A DNA stretch of 63,736 nucleotides, filler included, from Octopus bimaculoides (Eukaryota), in assembly GCF_001194135.2 (NCBI RefSeq). It is 8 parts of 8 records of this genome, joined end to end, with 100 filler letters (N's around TTAATTAATTAA, not from the genome) between each part and the next. Parts side by side here need not be neighbours in the genome. Positions count along the whole stretch, not along the records: positions 49,194 to 50,980 come from NW_026373665.1; positions 51,081 to 53,575 come from NC_068995.1; positions 53,676 to 58,959 come from NC_068981.1; positions 59,060 to 62,064 come from NC_068982.1; positions 62,165 to 63,736 come from NC_069000.1; 3 more parts are not named here. One strand, given 5' to 3'. The notes beneath the pieces were generated by a model. That model made no database searches and was not told where the DNA came from. It saw only the letters and a program-made list of their open reading frames with translations. The position numbers were made by a program, and so were the translations under genes. This document shows, piece by piece, positions 49,701 through 63,283 of this stretch. Every line of letters starts with the position of its first letter. Position 1 is the first letter of the stretch.

Positions 49701-50145
49701 CGAAGAGGATGATGACGATGACGATGATGATGATATCAACGACGACGATCATGATAATGGTGATGGTGGTAGTGATGACAATGATTAGTGTTGACGACAA
49801 TGACGACGACGACGACGACGATGATGATGATAATGATGATGGTGATTATGATGATGATGATGATGATGGCGAAGACCACGATGACAATAATGATGATGAT
49901 GATGATAATGATGATGATGATGATGATGATGGCGAAGACCACGGTGACAATGATGATGATGATGATGATGATGATTATAGATGCGGATGGCGATGATGAA
50001 TGAAGGTGATGATGATCACGAAGATAACGGGTGACGACCGCAACGACGACCGTTGATAATGTCAATGAATGATGGCGTTGATGGCAATGTACTATGGTGA
50101 TGACGATGACGACGATAGGACGACGACAGATGATAGCGATGAACG
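49690..50145. repeat. Long compound (GAT/GAC)n repeat with an internal ~66-bp duplication
   Basis: gatggcgaagaccacg occurs twice. Confidence 0.9.
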
Positions 50146-50323
50146 TCATTAGTCTATTTCCTGTTAATTTTTTCTTTTACCTTTTCCCTCTTTCCTTTTG
50201 TAATTATTCTTTATTCTCCATCTCACTCAGTGTTAGCTTCTCGCATTTCATCTTCTCGCTCAGTCTCCATGTCCTTTTAATCTATTAGACTCCCCACCTC
50301 TTATTCCCCCCTCTCTCTCTCGC

Positions 50324-50426
<103 letters not shown>

Positions 50427-50853
50427 TTCTTTCTCTCTCTATTTCTCTTTCTCTGTCTTTGCTTGCTGGGTCTGGAAGATGAGACTGTCCGTAGCGTTTG
50501 CAGGCCTTTGTAAACCAGTGAAACCGTTCCATTTAATGCTCATCTAAAACTGATGTAAGCCGAGAACCTCATCACACACATGTGCAGAGGATGAAGGAAT
50601 TCAAAAGGACTGAAGTTGCGAGGGTAGTGAGGACTGGATGCCGTCGTTATTGCAGTTTCTGGTGTGGCCTGGACACAGCTTGGGTGACGGCAGGAAAAGA
50701 AACAAGTTCGGAGTGCTAGAGGGCCTAGAAGTGGAACTCCTTCTCCGGTAGATACACTTTAACTTCTGCATCTGCGGTGCACTGAAAAACCGGAAGGAAC
50801 TCAAAACAGAAAATAGTTATTTTAAATAGTATGAAGATTATATATATATATAT

Positions 50854-50980
50854 AGCGGTTCGGCAAAAAGAGACCGATAGAATAAGTACTAGGCTTACAA
50901 AGAATAAGTCCTGGGGTCGATTTTCTCGACTAAAGGCGGTGCTCCAGCATGGCCGCAGTCAGATGACTGAAACAAGTAAA
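50854..50980 (+). mobile_element. Young family-C SINE 3' part
   Basis: Intact CpGs; matches 46540-46670. Confidence 0.9.
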
Positions 50981-51199
50981 NNNNNNNNNNNNNNNNNNNN
51001 NNNNNNNNNNNNNNNNNNNNNNNNTTAATTAATTAANNNNNNNNNNNNNNNNNNNNNNNNNNNNNNNNNNNNNNNNNNNNTATATATATATATATAAGTG
51101 ATATCTTGATTTTTGCGACGAAACTTTTATGAGTTAACTGAATAATTCTGTTAGAAAATGAAAACCTGAAAGGAAGGGTATCATTGGGTTTGTGAAGGT

Positions 51200-51690
51200 G
51201 ATGAGGACTATGACAGGGTGGAGGAGATAGAGGAGGAGGAGGAAGAGGATTCTGATGACGATGATGATGCATAGAGTGAAGATGATGAGGAGGAGGAAGG
51301 AAAGACGGAGGAAGAAAAGGAGGGGGCGAAAGAGGAAATTGAGGAGGAAATTGAGGAGGAAGTGGAGGACAATGGAGGAGGGCGATGGGGGGAGATGATG
51401 ACGACGACGACGACAATGATGTTCATTATCAGCATCATAGTCTTCATCATCACCAACATCATCGTCACCCTTGTCATCACCATCATCACCACCATCACCA
51501 TCACAATCGCTGTCATCATCTTCATCATCTTCATCATCATCATCATCGTCATCATCATCATCGTCATCATCATCATCGTCATCATCATCACCGTCTTCAT
51601 CATCATCGTCATGATCATCATCATCATCATCATCACCAACATTACCACTATGGTGATGATGAGGATGGTGATGATGATGTTTGAGAAGAA
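51200..51690. repeat. Compound (GAG)/(GAT)/(CAT)n repeat
   Basis: Direct reading. Confidence 0.9.
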
Positions 51691-52837
51691 GAAGAATATG
51701 GATGTGCCAATGTGGAGTGACTGCAAGAATCTATTTTGTATTAAAAATAGTCTCTGCGTAGCTTCGCCGGCGGCTGACAATGGCTCACAATGACAGATCT
51801 GCTAATTTTCGATGTGACGACCAACCACAGGGTGCTCAGATGATTCCACTCCTTTCACACCATGCCGCGAGATCAACTGATGTGTGTACGCGTAGGTGTC
51901 TATATATATATATATATNNNNNNNNNNNNNNNNNNNNNNNNNNNNNNNNNNNNNNNNNNNNNNNNNNNNNNNNNNNNNNNNNNNNNNNNNNNNNNNNNNN
52001 NNNNNNNNNNNNNNNNNNNNNNNNNNNNNNNNNNNNNNNNNNNNNNNNNNNNNNNNNNNNNNNNNNNNNNNNNNNNNNNNNNNNNNNNNNNNNNNNNNNN
52101 NNNNNNNNNNNNNNNNNNNNNNNNNNNNNNNNNNNNNNNNNNNNNNNNNNNNNNNNNNNNNNNNNNNNNNNNNNNNNNNNNNNNNNNNNNNNNNNNNNNN
52201 NNNNNNNNNNNNNNNNNNNNNNNNNNNNNNNNNNNNNNNNNNNNNNNNNNNNNNNNNNNNNNNNNNNNNNNNNNNNNNNNNNNNNNNNNNNNNNNNNNNN
52301 NNNNNNNNNNNNNNNNNNNNNNNNNNNNNNNNNNNNNNNNNNNNNNNNNNNNNNNNNNNNNNNNNNNNNNNNNNNNNNNNNNNNNNNNNNNNNNNNNNNN
52401 NNNNNNNNNNNNNNNNNNNNNNNNNNNNNNNNNNNNNNNNNNNNNNNNNNNNNNNNNNNNNNNNNNNNNNNNNNNNNNNNNNNNNNNNNNNNNNNNNNNN
52501 NNNNNNNNATATATATATATATATATATATATAAATGAGTATGACTATACGTTTGTATACAAGAATGTATGTATTTGCAGATGTATATGTGAGCATAAAT
52601 GCTCATGTGTATATCTACAAGTATATGTCTATGGAGAAAACAGTAAATAAATATACACATAAGGATAGAATGTTGGAGACCATATTTGTGTGTGTAAATG
52701 CGTGTACACAGATGTACAGAACATTTACACACATGCATACACATTTGAGAGTACGTATACACATATGAATATATATATATATATATATATATATGCATGC
52801 ATATAGCTACGGGTATATTTGTTTGTATGTATGTATG

Positions 52838-52869
<32 letters not shown>

Positions 52870-53385
52870 CATGTATGTATGTATGCATGCATATATGTAT
52901 GTATGTACACCTGTGCGTGAGTGTGTATGCATGTGTGTGTGTATATACTTACATGCATACAAAATATATAAATGTATATACACACATATATCCACACATA
53001 CTTATATACATACACAATGGGTTACACACAAACATATATACATACATTCATAAATGTTATTTTTTAGTTAATTGATATTCTTTGTATAGCAACAAATTAC
53101 CAATTAATTAGCAACAAATTATCTCTAAATCATCAATAAACTGTCTATGTATTATCAATAATTTATCAATAAATTGTCTATATTTTATCAATAAGTTATC
53201 TATGTTATATTTATATTTAAACGATGCAAAAAGATAAGACTTTCACTGAAATTTTAAACTTTGTCCAATTTGGTATGTATCGCAGATTTCATTCAAAGAA
53301 TGGGTTTACGGTTAGAACCAACCGTTTGTACTGGTTCTAATGGAATCTGATCTCATTTGCTCTCAATTTTGGTCTTATGTTTTAT

Positions 53386-53570
53386 GGCAGCGAGCTGGCA
53401 GAATCGTTAGCACACCGGACAAAATGCTTAGCGGCATTTCGTTCGTTGTGGGTTCAGATTCTACTGAGATTGACTTTTCTTTTTATCCTTTCGAGGTCGA
53501 TAAAATAAGTACCTGTTGAACATTGGAGCCGATGTAATCGACTTACCCACTTTCCCGAAATTACTGGCTT
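53386..53570 (+). mobile_element. Family-B SINE
   Basis: ggcagcgagctggcagaatcgttagc head; core tcgaggtcgataaaataagtacc. Confidence 0.9.
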
Positions 53571-53675
53571 TATATNNNNNNNNNNNNNNNNNNNNNNNNN
53601 NNNNNNNNNNNNNNNNNNNTTAATTAATTAANNNNNNNNNNNNNNNNNNNNNNNNNNNNNNNNNNNNNNNNNNNN

Positions 53676-53714
<39 letters not shown>

Positions 53715-54149
53715 TGTATGTATGTATACATGCATATAAACTTTCGTATGACTGCTTAATATACATACCGCAACAATTATTATGTAATTCAATTCATGCT
53801 TCGAATCGAGTCACAAGGGAATATCCAATTCCGCATAACACGAGATTGAATTAGTTCTGCGCTGTTTGTTTGAGATTCGTAGTAAATCTAAGATGATTTC
53901 TAAGACATCTCCCTGATATCTGATAGTTGACTAGCGAAAAGCCCTTCATCTGAGGAGTAGCTACCTGCAGTGTCTGCAATGATCCACATTTTACAAAGAC
54001 ATTAAATAGTCATTAACATTTTATTGGGAACGTGGAGTGGGAATTTGTTGGCAAGCAAGCTGCTATTTTTTGAAGACCAAATGGCTGTATCGTTACCCGC
54101 GCATTGACTGAATACAGTAACGTATAATTGAAATATTTATCTTTTATCT

Positions 54150-54320
54150 TTCATCTTGTTTCAGACATTGGACTACGCTGTGGCACCGCCTTAAATGGTT
54201 TAGTCGAACAAATCGACGCCACTACTTATTTTTAAGCTCTTGTACTTATTCTATCAGTCTTTATCGCCGAACTACTAAGTTACATGGATGTGAATAAAAC
54301 AACACCAGTTGTCAAGCGGG
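54150..54320 (-). mobile_element. Family-C SINE
   Basis: gtacttattctatcagtc...gccgaactactaagttac. Confidence 0.78.
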
Positions 54321-55529
54321 CTGTGTGGTGGTGGTGGTGTGGTGCAACACACAGACACACACATTACGTGCTTACATACAAACACATACAAACAAGGTGA
54401 CTGTCAACTTGTAGATGTGATTGATCATCATTGACAAATTATCTTATTCTAGCTATTAAAGACAATGGCTATCAGCAATGTCTGTACTAAAATTTAAAAC
54501 AAGTAACAGCTTGCACAACACCATTAAGATTCTCATCTACAAAACAAAGTAGTCCAGAAACAAGCGAAGGCATTTCCGGCTTCACAATGAGGTTGGTGTT
54601 ATTTCGGAATTTACTCCTCCTAGAGAGAGATGTTTAAACAGAGGCCAGGGGTCTCTCACTCCCTACTGGGTACATCGATTCTTTGACAGATTTCTGTTTG
54701 GTCGAACAATCAGATAGAGCATTCTTCATTAATAGTAGCATGTGAGTTGAGGGCAGTTGGGTTGCTATTTCTATCTGATCCAGCGTAGGTCGAACGATAT
54801 ACACAATGCTCCCGTAATTGACAGTAGCGTGTGATTGAACGAAAGTTTGGCGGCTATTTCTAGTTGAATGAGTGACCATGCAGTGGCCTTTTTGTTGACT
54901 TGGACTTCATTAGCGAACAAAAATACAATGAAAAAATAGGCATCGGAAGGGCGATGCATACCCTGCTCGCAGATAAATTATTTTGTAAATCATAGTGTGA
55001 CTTACAATGCGTTTGCTTACGCACGCTTTTTAATTGAACCGAATGAATTTTTTTTTTCAAGTTTCGCCGTTATAGGTATTTATACTTCGGTGAAATTAAG
55101 AAATCAACTCGTAAATAAGCGAAGCCCTCGAATCCATCAGTGTACACACACGCGTGCACACACACAAACACACACACATACACACACACTCAGAGTTGTA
55201 TATCTATGTATGTATTTCTGTATGTTTGAAGATAATCAAACCAAGTTTTCATCATTTCGAGCTACTTACCCAATGAGTATTTCTGCCAAATTTAATGAAT
55301 ATCAATTCAACTGTTTTCCAGTAATTTTGCAAATACTGACAGACAAAGAGTGATTACAATAGCCTGCTTTCGCTTACGCGCGCAGGATAACAATAAAAGC
55401 AGAAAGGTTGTTATTACGACTGTGATATATATTTGATCATGATTCTATTTCCTCAAGAAACGTATGCATATAAGAGGTCTCCCACCCAACTCCAAATCCT
55501 CATAGCTTTAAAGAAGACAAAACTCATTG

Positions 55530-56600
55530 CTCTTTAAAAGTAGAGTTCTTCAAAATAGTTACCTCCCCTGTTGATACTCTATTTCCAGGATTTTTTTCCT
55601 GTTCTGGAACATATCTTAGAACGCGTTTACGGGGGTGAGGGTGCAGTTCTGGTGGCGAGCTGTCTTCGCTCTGAAATCGGTTACTTTCCGGGGAGAATTT
55701 CAACTGGAAAAAATAAAAGCAAAAAACTTAGAAAGTAGGGAGGCTTGAGAAACGAAAGTTATTTTATGTCTTGGTAAAACTAAATTTACAAATGATTCGC
55801 GAGTAAACATGATTTCACGGGACATATCCAGTTCTAGTTTTCTATGCTTTAGGCTGTCTCCTTGGTATTGCCTCACTCAAATTCTTCGGAACATCCGAGT
55901 AAAATATTTTATTGATCGTCTGACCATGTATCACACGTTGATGATGGACGACACCGTTTCAATCAATAAAGACAATAATTATCACCTTAACATTTGAGCA
56001 ACACTGACAGATTAATGTTTGGTCACAACAATTATCTAATCCACTGTAATAACGATCTTCTTTGTTACGATATAGTAGCCGTACACCTGTGTTTTGTGAC
56101 TTGTTATGAAACCTTACAGTAAGTTTTTTTTTATCAGCATCTGAACTCAAAGAAGTTCCTGCCTGATTGTGACTCGGTTATCCTTTCGCTCATTTGTCAG
56201 CATGTGTAACACAAATTTTGCGGTAAAATAATTCATTTAAATGTTTTCTTTTAAAACAGTATGGGACAAACTTTTACAGATGCCTATTTCTTGGGAAACT
56301 TCACAAACAGTCAGGCGACGATTTGGGGGAGTCACAACATGCATTATCACAATATGGTAATCATGGCAAAAGTGGAAAGTCTTCTAGATCTGGGATCATT
56401 TTTGGTCGATGTTCTCAATTTGAAATACAGGTAGCATTAGTGTAATGTAGTTCGTCTTAAACAGTTTTTCCATCATTGGCATGCTGCATCATTAGAAAAG
56501 TCTTCGTACATGTACTCTCTAATTTGAAACAGAATTTCGTACAAATTTGTTGCTCTTACAAATATTTCATTGTTTATCTTGCTACAAATCTCCAAGTGCA
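55530..56600 (-). pseudogene. Highly decayed mariner transposase
   Basis: Minus-strand fragments FTAKFVLHMLTNERKDNRVTIRQEL (WVP-like), FQLKFSPESNRFQS, AF*DMFQNR, GGNYFEE*. Confidence 0.6.
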
Positions 56601-56764
56601 TCAAGAATGCTTTCACTTTAGCATGTGTCGATCAATGACTAACTGAAGCAGTAATATATTATTAAACGAACGACAAGATTGGCCATATACATCACCGCAA
56701 CTGCAAGCACACCGCGGTGGTTGGCTGGTTTTCTGTTTTAATAATCTGGTTTCTTTTAGATAGA

Positions 56765-57000
56765 TCTCGTGTACTACGTACATACGTACGTACGTATGTA
56801 CTACGTACATACGTACGTACGTACGTACGTATGTACATACGTACGCATGTACTTATGTACATACGTACACATGTACTTATGTACGTGCGTACATACTTAT
56901 GTACGTACGTATGTACGAATATATGTATGTACGTTTATATGTATGTGCTATGTACGTATGTATGTATGTATGTATGTACGTATGTATGCGCGCGCGTGTG
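56765..57000. repeat. CpG-containing (TACG/GTAC)n microsatellite grading into (TATG)n
   Basis: Direct reading. Confidence 0.9.
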
Positions 57001-57464
57001 TGTGCGCACGTGTGGTGTATGAGTGTGTATGTGTAAAAATTATATATACATGCATGCGTGTAGATGAAATTAGAATGAGATACTGATAGGTGAATAATTA
57101 TATAGATAAGAATATGTGTGTGTGTGTGTTTGTGTGTGTGCGCGCACGTGTGTGTATAAATTTATACATTTGTAGACATATATATNNNNNNNNNNNNNNN
57201 NNNNNNNNNNNNNNNNNNNNNNNNNNNNNNNNNNNNNNNNNNNNNNNNNNNNNNNNNNNNNNNNNNNNNNNNNNNNNNNNNNNNNNNNNNNNNNNNNNNN
57301 NNNNNNNNNNNNNNNNNNNNNNNNNNNNNNNNNNNNNNNNNNNNNNNNNNNNNNNNNNNNNNNNNNNNNNNNNNNNNNNNNNNNNNNNNNNNNNNNNNNN
57401 NNNNNNNNNNNNNNNNNNNNNNNNNNNNNNNNNNATGAATACATACATAGACACACAAAAATAC

Positions 57465-57550
<86 letters not shown>

Positions 57551-58661
57551 GAAAAGATATGTAAACAGAGAAAGCATCTATAATACTGATGGTCTGTTGT
57601 TTAGTTATATTTTCCCCTCATGAAATAAAAATAAAGAAAACAAACAAATCTCATCTACTCTCTCTCTCCAAAAAATAAAAAAAAGTCAACCAATAAAAGG
57701 CTTATCCGAAAGAGGTGATAACTAGCGTAATCCTATATCAGCTGATTTCAGAGTTTAACTGTAAGTTTAACTGTACCAGTGTGTCGTATGTTGCAAACAG
57801 CCGAAACTAATCAGAAACCAGTTTTTAGAAAATCTCATGGGTAAACGGAGAAGGTAGGTGTCTGGCGTTTTGTGAAGCAGAACACCGTTATGAGTGGAAA
57901 TCTCATTGATTGCCTCAAAATGGATGTGAACACATAACACAAAGATTTTGACGCTGAAGTCATTTACAGTGCAAAATTGTTCTCTCGGCAATTTTGGTCT
58001 TACTTCACTGATTTCACTTTAGTTAAAACCACAAAATACAAAATGCACAAATAACAACAGCAAAGCAAATAAAGCAAATGAAGAAAAATAAATAAAATAA
58101 AAGAGTAGTTAAGAAACGAATCTAATAGAGTCTAAGAATATTATTTTTCTATTTTCTGTTCGTAAATTGTACTGAAAGAGAAGCGATTCTTAGTGTTTAT
58201 ATTGGCCGCAAGGCATTGAGTACGACGCTGGAGAATTAAAGCATATACAGTCTTCGAAAGAAGTTAGTTTAAGTTATATACCGAAACAAAAGTGAGCAAT
58301 TATTTACGGTCGAGTTTAGCTCTACATTGCCGGTTCAATTCCTGGTCAATTTATTTCATTTCGATTACTAAGAACCTTGCTGCTAAACAATATAGGGGAC
58401 AGCTTATGAAAGTCTCCGTCCTCCTTCAGCTTACTGCTTCGTCTTTACCAACTGTGTGGTAGATCTTAAGGGATTCTAAGTCTGTCTCCTTGTTTCCAAA
58501 ACAGCATAGAATATTATATCAATAATATAGGGTACAGCTTATAAAAGGTTAACTTCTTTACTAGCCGTCTTCATTTCCTCAATCTAACATTGGTATATCA
58601 CTTTAAGGGACTCTATCTTCGACCACTCTTCATGTTATAATGTAGATAATAACATGAATGT

Positions 58662-58959
58662 GGAGGCGCAATGACCCAGTGGTTAGGGCAGCGGACTCAC
58701 GGTCATAGGATCGCGGTTTCGATTCCCAGACCGGGCATTGTGAGTGTTTATTGAGCGAAAACACCTAAAGCTCCACGAGGCTCCGGCAGGGGATGGTGGT
58801 GAACCCTGCTGTATTCTTCCACCATGACTTTCTCTCACTCTTACTTCCTGTTTCTGTTGTACCTGTATTTGAAAGGGCCAGCCTTGTCACACTGCGTCAC
58901 GCTGAACATCCCCGAGAACTACGTTAAGGGTACACGTGTTTGTGGAGTGCTCAGCCACT
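58662..58959 (+). mobile_element. Family-E tRNA-derived SINE, young, cut by linker
   Basis: A-box tgacccagtgg, B-box ggtttcgattcc, followed by a non-tRNA body shared with 43529-43689, 4310-4420 and 3025-3135. Confidence 0.92.
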
Positions 58960-59059
58960 NNNNNNNNNNNNNNNNNNNNNNNNNNNNNNNNNNNNNNNNN
59001 NNNTTAATTAATTAANNNNNNNNNNNNNNNNNNNNNNNNNNNNNNNNNNNNNNNNNNNN

Positions 59060-59113
<54 letters not shown>

Positions 59114-59368
59114 CATACTCAGTGGTGTATGTATTTGCATATGCACCTGTGCACAATGTATGTTTTTATGTGCATGAACGCGCACGATTTTTATGCGAGT
59201 GTCTTTATTTCCTTGTTGCTGTTCTTTCTTTCTGTTGGTGTATAAGTATGTGTGTATGTGTGTGTGTGTGTGTGTTTGTATTTGAGCGTTTTCATTGTTA
59301 ACATAATGAAGCATATGAAAATATCACAATTTATATTCATTCTTCTCTCGTTCTCTCTCTCTCTCTCG

Positions 59369-59450
<82 letters not shown>

Positions 59451-59759
59451 TACACAACCATCAAACATTCGGCTTAAGACTGTGACCATTACCTAATTCT
59501 CAACAGTAAATAAAAAAGAACAACACTCTGGCCGCAGTGGCCTCCAAGCAAAGAATATTTTGGCACATCTGAAATTCGATGCCCTCTACAATAGACTTAC
59601 TGTAAAAGTGTAAGATATTCATCTCAATCTGAACCAAGGTGCATATGGCCCTGGGTGGGCGTCCTTATAAGATTTTGTCGTTAAAATTTCCCAGAAACTT
59701 TTCAGCAGCCTCCTGTATGTATGTATATACACATGAATACATGTATGTATAGAATAAGA

Positions 59760-60045
59760 ACTTATATATTTCCAGAATTCAAGATCTCAGTTCTTTAACA
59801 TGGAGTTATTATATTATTACTTCAATGCAAAAGTAATCGTGGTGATGTTATCGGATAAAGTTTAAAACAGGCTAAAAGGAGTGTTTATAGCAAAATATTT
59901 TGAAGAATTTGAAAGACGTTCCTGAAGAAATGACTTCCACATCACATTCAACTAAATAAATTCAATGACACAGTTAATAATTTCGTAATTATTATTTCGT
60001 TGCTAATATTTTCGCGTGAAACGTCGAAACAGCTGTAAAATGTGA
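59760..60045 (+). mobile_element. Possible Penelope-like element 3' remnant
   Basis: RLKGVFIAKYF resembles a GIY-YIG C-terminus; followed by CTGAAGA (59922) ... GAAACAGCTGTA (60026-60037). Confidence 0.4.
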
Positions 60046-60240
60046 AATTTTTTAAATATCCATAAGTGTGTTTGTCTACTATTCTTGTTAATAGGTACAC
60101 TTACACAAGCACACACTTATGTACATGCACACAATACCACACTTACCCCCACACACGCACACATACACAAACATCTTTTCTCTGCTTGTCTATCTGTCTC
60201 TCTGTATGTATGTATGTATGTATGTATGTATGTATGTATG

Positions 60241-60287
<47 letters not shown>

Positions 60288-61183
60288 ATAATTATTATAA
60301 AATCTGGTAATTAGTCATATATTAATTAATATCGATTAATTCTCAGGAGGCCAGCACATCTAAAGAATCAAAGAGATTCAGAAATATTATCTNNNNNNNN
60401 NNNNNNNNNNNNNNNNNNNNNNNNNNNNNNNNNNNNNNNNNNNNNNNNNNNNNNNNNNNNNNNNNNNNNNNNNNNNNNNNNNNNNNNNNNNNNNNNNNNN
60501 NNNNNNNNNNNNNNNNNNNNNNNNNNNNNNNNNNNNNNNNNNNNNNNNNNNNNNNNNNNNNNNNNNNNNNNNNNNNNNNNNNNNNNNNNNNNNNNNNNNN
60601 NNNNNNNNNNNNNNNNNNNNNNNNNNNNNNNNNNNNNNNNNNNNNNNNNNNNNNNNNNNNNNNNNNNNNNNNNNNNNNNNNNNNNNNNNNNNNNNNNNNN
60701 NNNNNNNNNNNNNNNNNNNNNNNNNNNNNNNNNNNNNNNNNNNNNNNNNNNNNNNNNNNNNNNNNNNNNNNNNNNNNNNNNNNNNNNNNNNNNNNNNNNN
60801 NNNNNNNNNNNNNNNNNNNNNNNNNNNNNNNNNNNNNNNNNNNNNNNNNNNNNNNNNNNNNNNNNNNNNNNNNNNNNNNNNNNNNNNNNNNNNNNNNNNN
60901 NNNNNNNNNNNNNNNNNNNNNNNNNNNNNNNNNNNNNNNNNNNNNNNNNNNNNNNNNNNNNNNNNNNNNNNNNNNNNNNNNNNNNNNNNNNNNNNNNNNN
61001 NNNNNNNNNNNNNNNNNNNNNNNNNNNNNNNNNNNNNNNNNNNNNNNNNNNNNNNNNNNNNNNNNNNNNNNNNNNNNNNNNNNNNNNNNNNNNNNNNNNN
61101 NNNNNNNNNNNNNNNNNNNNNNNNNNNNNNNNNNNNNNNNNNNNNNNNNNNNNNNNNNNNNNNNNNNNNNNNNNNNNNNNNNN

Positions 61184-61221
<38 letters not shown>

Positions 61222-61305
61222 CTCACAAATATACTCAACCAAACAGACACACACACACGCACACAGACAAACACACGCACGCACACACACGCAAGCACAC
61301 GCACG

Positions 61306-61337
<32 letters not shown>

Positions 61338-61780
61338 CACACACATACACATACACACTGCATATATATTTACACCTGTATACTTATGTATATAGCCGTG
61401 TGTGTATGTATATTTAATCATTAGTATGGCATCGTTCCTACTTACAATAACCGCGCCTCCCATAAATATTCACTCGTCATATTTCCGCATAATAAAACCT
61501 AAATCGTGTTGAATGCGATGTAAACATTTTTCAGTTGCAGTTGTTTTGATTTCTCCCTCTCACTTAGAAAACTGCAACAGCAGCAGCAGCAGCAGCAGCA
61601 GCAACTGCAGCGGCGGCGGCGGCAGAGATTGAATGACGAAATATTTCTTCGTTATCTGACATTGAAACAAGCAAAGTTATACTATTTCACTGAGGTCAAT
61701 TTCTAGGAACATGATATCTGACTTCCTTCTCGTCAAAACAAACGCATATGGCATTTAATCAGGAATCAGTCACATCATCA

Positions 61781-61847
<67 letters not shown>

Positions 61848-61854
61848 CATTCTG

Positions 61855-62064
61855 CCCGAGGTCGACTTTCACTTTTATCCTTTCAGAGTCGATAAATTAA
61901 GTACCAGTTGAGTACTGGACCGATCTAATCGACTGGCCCCCTCCCCGTAACTTAGCGGTTCGGCAAAAGAGACCGATAGAATAAGTACTAGACTTACAAA
62001 TATTAAGTCCTGGGGTCGATTTGCTCGACTAAAGGCGGTGCTCCAGCATGGCCACAGTCAAATG
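61855..62064 (+). mobile_element. Chimeric SINE: family-B core joined to family-C 3' part
   Basis: Switch at tcccc (61942-46) from gactggcccctcccc to gtaacttagcggttcggc. Confidence 0.8.
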
Positions 62065-62399
62065 NNNNNNNNNNNNNNNNNNNNNNNNNNNNNNNNNNNN
62101 NNNNNNNNTTAATTAATTAANNNNNNNNNNNNNNNNNNNNNNNNNNNNNNNNNNNNNNNNNNNNAAGCTATGGCTTAATCAGCCAAAGGAGTAAATGTAA
62201 ACAACTGAATACTTGTCAGTGATTGGTTGAAATTATCGAAATAAGACAATTTTTTACATGAAATAAATTCGAATACAAAAATATTTTTCTGTTCTATAAC
62301 ACAAAATAGATAAGTATACGAAGTTTGAAAGTCTTTCGGTACCAAAAACACTACGTAAAGCATTAATGAAAAATGTGGCCCCCGTTTTAAAAAAGATCC

Positions 62400-62520
62400 A
62401 ATCCAACTTATGTGGGCGTCCTAATCGGAAAATCCGCCATTTCATTCATTTTTTTTTTTCTTCCATAAAACGATGGAAAAAATCCTCGTCAAATCGGAGA
62501 AAATCCAACTTAGGTGAGTA
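62400..62520 (+). promoter_or_regulatory. Candidate promoter or first exon with donor TAG|GTGAGT at 62514
   Basis: CpG-rich; YY1-like AAATGGCGG on minus strand (~62434-42); ATG at 62473 gives MEKILVKSEKIQL. Confidence 0.33.
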
Positions 62521-63283
62521 TCCTGATCCGAAATTCCGCCAACATATTTGGAATTTCTGTTATCGAAAATATTGGGATGAGGAGAATAAAGGGCGGATAT
62601 GGGGTAGGTGTTCGCTGTTCGACATCTCCATTTGTTAACATCGAATGTATACAAATAGATATTGAATGTCCTTGATCTCTTCGGCAGAAGTAAAACATCA
62701 ATATTTAATATGTACATATTTATAAACATTGCCTTTGTAGTTACAGGTTAGTTGGCTCAAAGTATACTACAACTGTAAAACGTCTTCAAAAATTAAAAAT
62801 TCCTGGGAGAGAGGTGGATTTTTACAAGAATGCAGGTGTTCACTTTCCAACCAGATCTCTTGGAATTCATTCCCACTACGTTGCATATTGGGCAACTGTC
62901 TTCTGTCGTCAGTCAAAAATTCTGTTGTCAGCATAATTAATTTCGTGATTGGTTTGTATACACAATTTAAATGACGAAAATTAAATCGATATCTGCGTTG
63001 TACGAAATAGTAGTGTGAAATAAATCGAATGACATAAAACGAAAGGAGAATAATCAGAAAAATATTTACCCTAAATTTTAAGCAAAAATATTTTTAGTAT
63101 TCGATTCAGTTATCGTTTAAATTTATTCAAATACCGCCCGCAGTATTTACTCTTTGTTGTATATATATTACTTATGAAACTTCCTCTCCCACCACGATGA
63201 CGTACGAATTCCAGTCAAAATTTTTGATTTCTATTTTTGGACGTATGCGTGGCTGCCTCGACAATTTTCTCGACGTCTAAGAC

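Noticed and set aside
58662-58735. tRNA-like sequence with A and B boxes
   Set aside because: No acceptor stem closure; it continues into a SINE body shared with other copies.
61575-61626. (CAG)n-(CGG)n tract suggesting a polyQ/polyA exon
   Set aside because: Flanking frames close quickly and there are no splice sites; treated as a simple repeat.
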